From positions 1 to 53,721 of the forward strand of contig JBGTGT010000083.1 in assembly GCA_041746575.1 (NCBI GenBank): a DNA stretch of 53,721 bases. The letters are read 5' to 3'. A model generated the notes under the pieces. It saw only the letters and a list, made by a program, of their open reading frames with translations, was not told the DNA's origin and did no database searches. Of the stretch, positions 51,809 to 53,721 are shown in pieces (positions within the stretch are counted from its first letter, which is position 1; every line of letters starts with the position of its first letter). Origin of the DNA: Microcystaceae cyanobacterium (GTDB lineage Bacteria; Cyanobacteriota; Cyanobacteriia; Cyanobacteriales; Microcystaceae). A program made the translations under genes and the position numbers.

Positions 51809-53185
51809 ATGGTACAAACTCCCAATCCACCCCCAGAGACCTTTAACTTCTCAGAAATTGATCCTTTGTCTCAAAAAACAACCAAAGGATTTGATGCCAA
51901 AAATCCCCCCGCTCAGGACTTAATTGATGCTTGTGTTCACTGTGGTTTTTGCCTCGCCACTTGCCCCAGTTATCGTATTATTGGTAAAGAAACCGACTCT
52001 CCGAGAGGTCGCATTTATTTAATGAATGCTATTAACCAAGGGATAGCCTCTTTAGACGAAACCACAACCCCCCATTTTGACACTTGTTTAGGTTGTTTGG
52101 CTTGTGTGAGTACTTGTCCTTCTGGGGTAAAATATGACCAATTACTGGCGGCTATTCGTCCTCAAATAGAACGAAATCAAGCGCGCAATTTTAGCGATAA
52201 AATTATTCGGTTTTTAATCTTTAATCTCTTTCCCTATCCCTTCCGTTTGCGCTTATTACTGCCTTTCTTTTGGCTTTATCAAACTATTGGCATTCAAAAA
52301 ATAATTCGAAGGTTAGGACTCTTAAAACCCTTTCCTCGTTTGGCAGCAATGGAGTCCATTTTACCCAACGTTACCCGACAATCTTTTCGTCAAGATTATC
52401 CCAATTTGATTCCTGCTCAAGGGGAAAAACGCTATCGAGTAGGTATGATTTTGGGGTGTGTGCAAAGACTCTTTTTTTCTCCCGTTAATGAAGCTACTGT
52501 TCGCGTTTTAACAGCTAATGGATGTGAGGTAGTAATCCCAAAAAATCAAGGATGCTGTGCCGCCTTACCAGCGCACCAAGGACAAGAAAATCAAGCGCAA
52601 ACTTTAGCAAGACAAATGATTGATGCTTTTGCAGAAACAGAGGTAGATTATATTATTATCAATGCCGCCGGCTGTGGTCATACGCTTAAAGAATATGAAC
52701 ATATTTTAGCCGATGATGTAGAATATAAAGAAAAAGCAAAAGCCTTTGTCATTAAAGTGCGAGACGTACAAGAATTTTTAGCAGAAATTCAGTTAACGAC
52801 ACCATTATTGCCTTTGAGTGATGAGAATTTACCCATTGTTTATCAAGATGCGTGTCATCTTCTGCACGGTCAAAAAATTAGTTTACAACCTCGTCAATTA
52901 TTACAGCAAATTCCGAATGTAATCTTAAGAGAACCTTTAGATGCCGCCTTATGTTGTGGCAGTGCAGGCGTTTATAATATGTTGCAACCTGAAATCGCTG
53001 AAGAGTTAGGTCAACAAAAAGCTCAAAATTTATTGAATACAGGAGCAAAATTAATCGCCTCTCCGAATCCCGGATGTTCTTTACAAATCCAAAAATATTT
53101 ACAACTCAAAAAACAAGAAATTCCCCTTAAACATCCAATGGAGTTGCTAGATATGTCAATTCGAGGTATTAAGTTATTCCCTTAA
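51809..53185 (+). CDS. glcF: Glycolate dehydrogenase iron-sulfur subunit
   Basis: CVHCGFCLATCPSY, DSPRGRI, CLGCLACVSTCPSGV, two CCG domains. Confidence 0.9.
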   Translation: MVQTPNPPPETFNFSEIDPLSQKTTKGFDAKNPPAQDLIDACVHCGFCLATCPSYRIIGKETDSPRGRIYLMNAINQGIASLDETTTPHFDTCLGCLACVSTCPSGVKYDQLLAAIRPQIERNQARNFSDKIIRFLIFNLFPYPFRLRLLLPFFWLYQTIGIQKIIRRLGLLKPFPRLAAMESILPNVTRQSFRQDYPNLIPAQGEKRYRVGMILGCVQRLFFSPVNEATVRVLTANGCEVVIPKNQGCCAALPAHQGQENQAQTLARQMIDAFAETEVDYIIINAAGCGHTLKEYEHILADDVEYKEKAKAFVIKVRDVQEFLAEIQLTTPLLPLSDENLPIVYQDACHLLHGQKISLQPRQLLQQIPNVILREPLDAALCCGSAGVYNMLQPEIAEELGQQKAQNLLNTGAKLIASPNPGCSLQIQKYLQLKKQEIPLKHPMELLDMSIRGIKLFP

Positions 53186-53190
53186 TTTTG

Positions 53191-53721
53191 GACGTTGCTG
53201 ATTTTGCAGTGATTTTGTTAAAGTTGAACGACATGAAATGTCCACAGTGTAACTCTTCTAATGTTCGTAAAGATGGTCATCAAGAGGGTAAACAACGATG
53301 GAAATGTAAAGATTGCAGGCGTATTTTCTGAGACTCTTATGAACAGAGAGGTTATCATCCCCAAGTCAAGGAGATTTGCTTAAACATGTATTTGAATGGC
53401 ATGGGATTTCGCGCGATTGAAAGAGTGACAGGAATTCATCACACAACTATTATGAATTGGGTTAAAGAATCGGCTTCGGAATTACCAGAAGATGAACTTC
53501 AGACTTATATGGGGAGAAGAAGCAATAAAATTTGGCTTGGGATAGCTATCATTATTATCGCTCTGGAGTCTTAGCAATACAGATAGGAGACCGTAGTGGA
53601 AAGACTTTTGAAAAACTCTGGGAAAGAGTAAAAAAATGGGACAGCCGAAGGTATTTAACTGATGGTTATTGTGTTTATGCTAATTATATTGAGCCAGAAA
53701 AACAGGCAGTTTTGCCTAAGA
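53191..53721 (+). mobile_element. IS1-family element remnant (right end beyond the window)
   Basis: Left TIR GACGTTGCTGATTTTGCAGTG; ATG 53233 MKCPQC...CKDCRRIF followed by a premature TGA; HTH MYLNGMGFRAIERVTGIHHTTIMNWV; frameshifted InsB part. Confidence 0.88.

Noticed and set aside
2405..52488. Many other 60-100 aa ORFs antisense to or nested in long genes
   Set aside because: Shadow ORFs with no independent coding evidence
50473..53185. glcEF without glcD as an unusual arrangement
   Set aside because: glcD is commonly unlinked in cyanobacteria
1..53721. CRISPR array, tRNA/rRNA genes, riboswitches; frequent GCGATCGC
   Set aside because: No regularly spaced repeats or recognisable structured RNA genes were seen by eye; GCGATCGC is the ordinary cyanobacterial HIP1 octamer

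Overview
Chromosomal window from a unicellular cyanobacterium, judged from dense HIP1 GCGATCGC octamers, cmpABCD, gifA with an NtcA box, and ycf49/ycf22-type genes. Most of it is housekeeping: the BCT1 bicarbonate transporter, tyrS, pgl, nusB, pdxH, scpA, fni, gshB-grxC, menC, a PerR/peroxiredoxin/DDOR redox locus and glcEF. Accessory or unexplained parts: (i) a five-gene operon of small secreted proteins with curlin-like Q-x-G-x-G-N repeats at 22.7-24.6 kb, a candidate functional amyloid or fibre system; (ii) a 200-bp MITE with perfect TIRs and a 7-bp target duplication; (iii) two decayed, inverted IS1-family copies whose flanks look swapped, implying inversion of the 16.5 kb between them; (iv) a transmembrane coiled-coil ORF in frame with an orphan HicA domain, separated by one stop codon; (v) an orphan NqrB/RnfD-like gene paired with DUF2330; (vi) a three-gene operon of a TM/beta-rich protein, a small beta-rich protein and a P-loop NTPase; (vii) a MurL-like epimerase; (viii) two pseudogenes. 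All family calls come from motif recognition by eye, and no searches were run.
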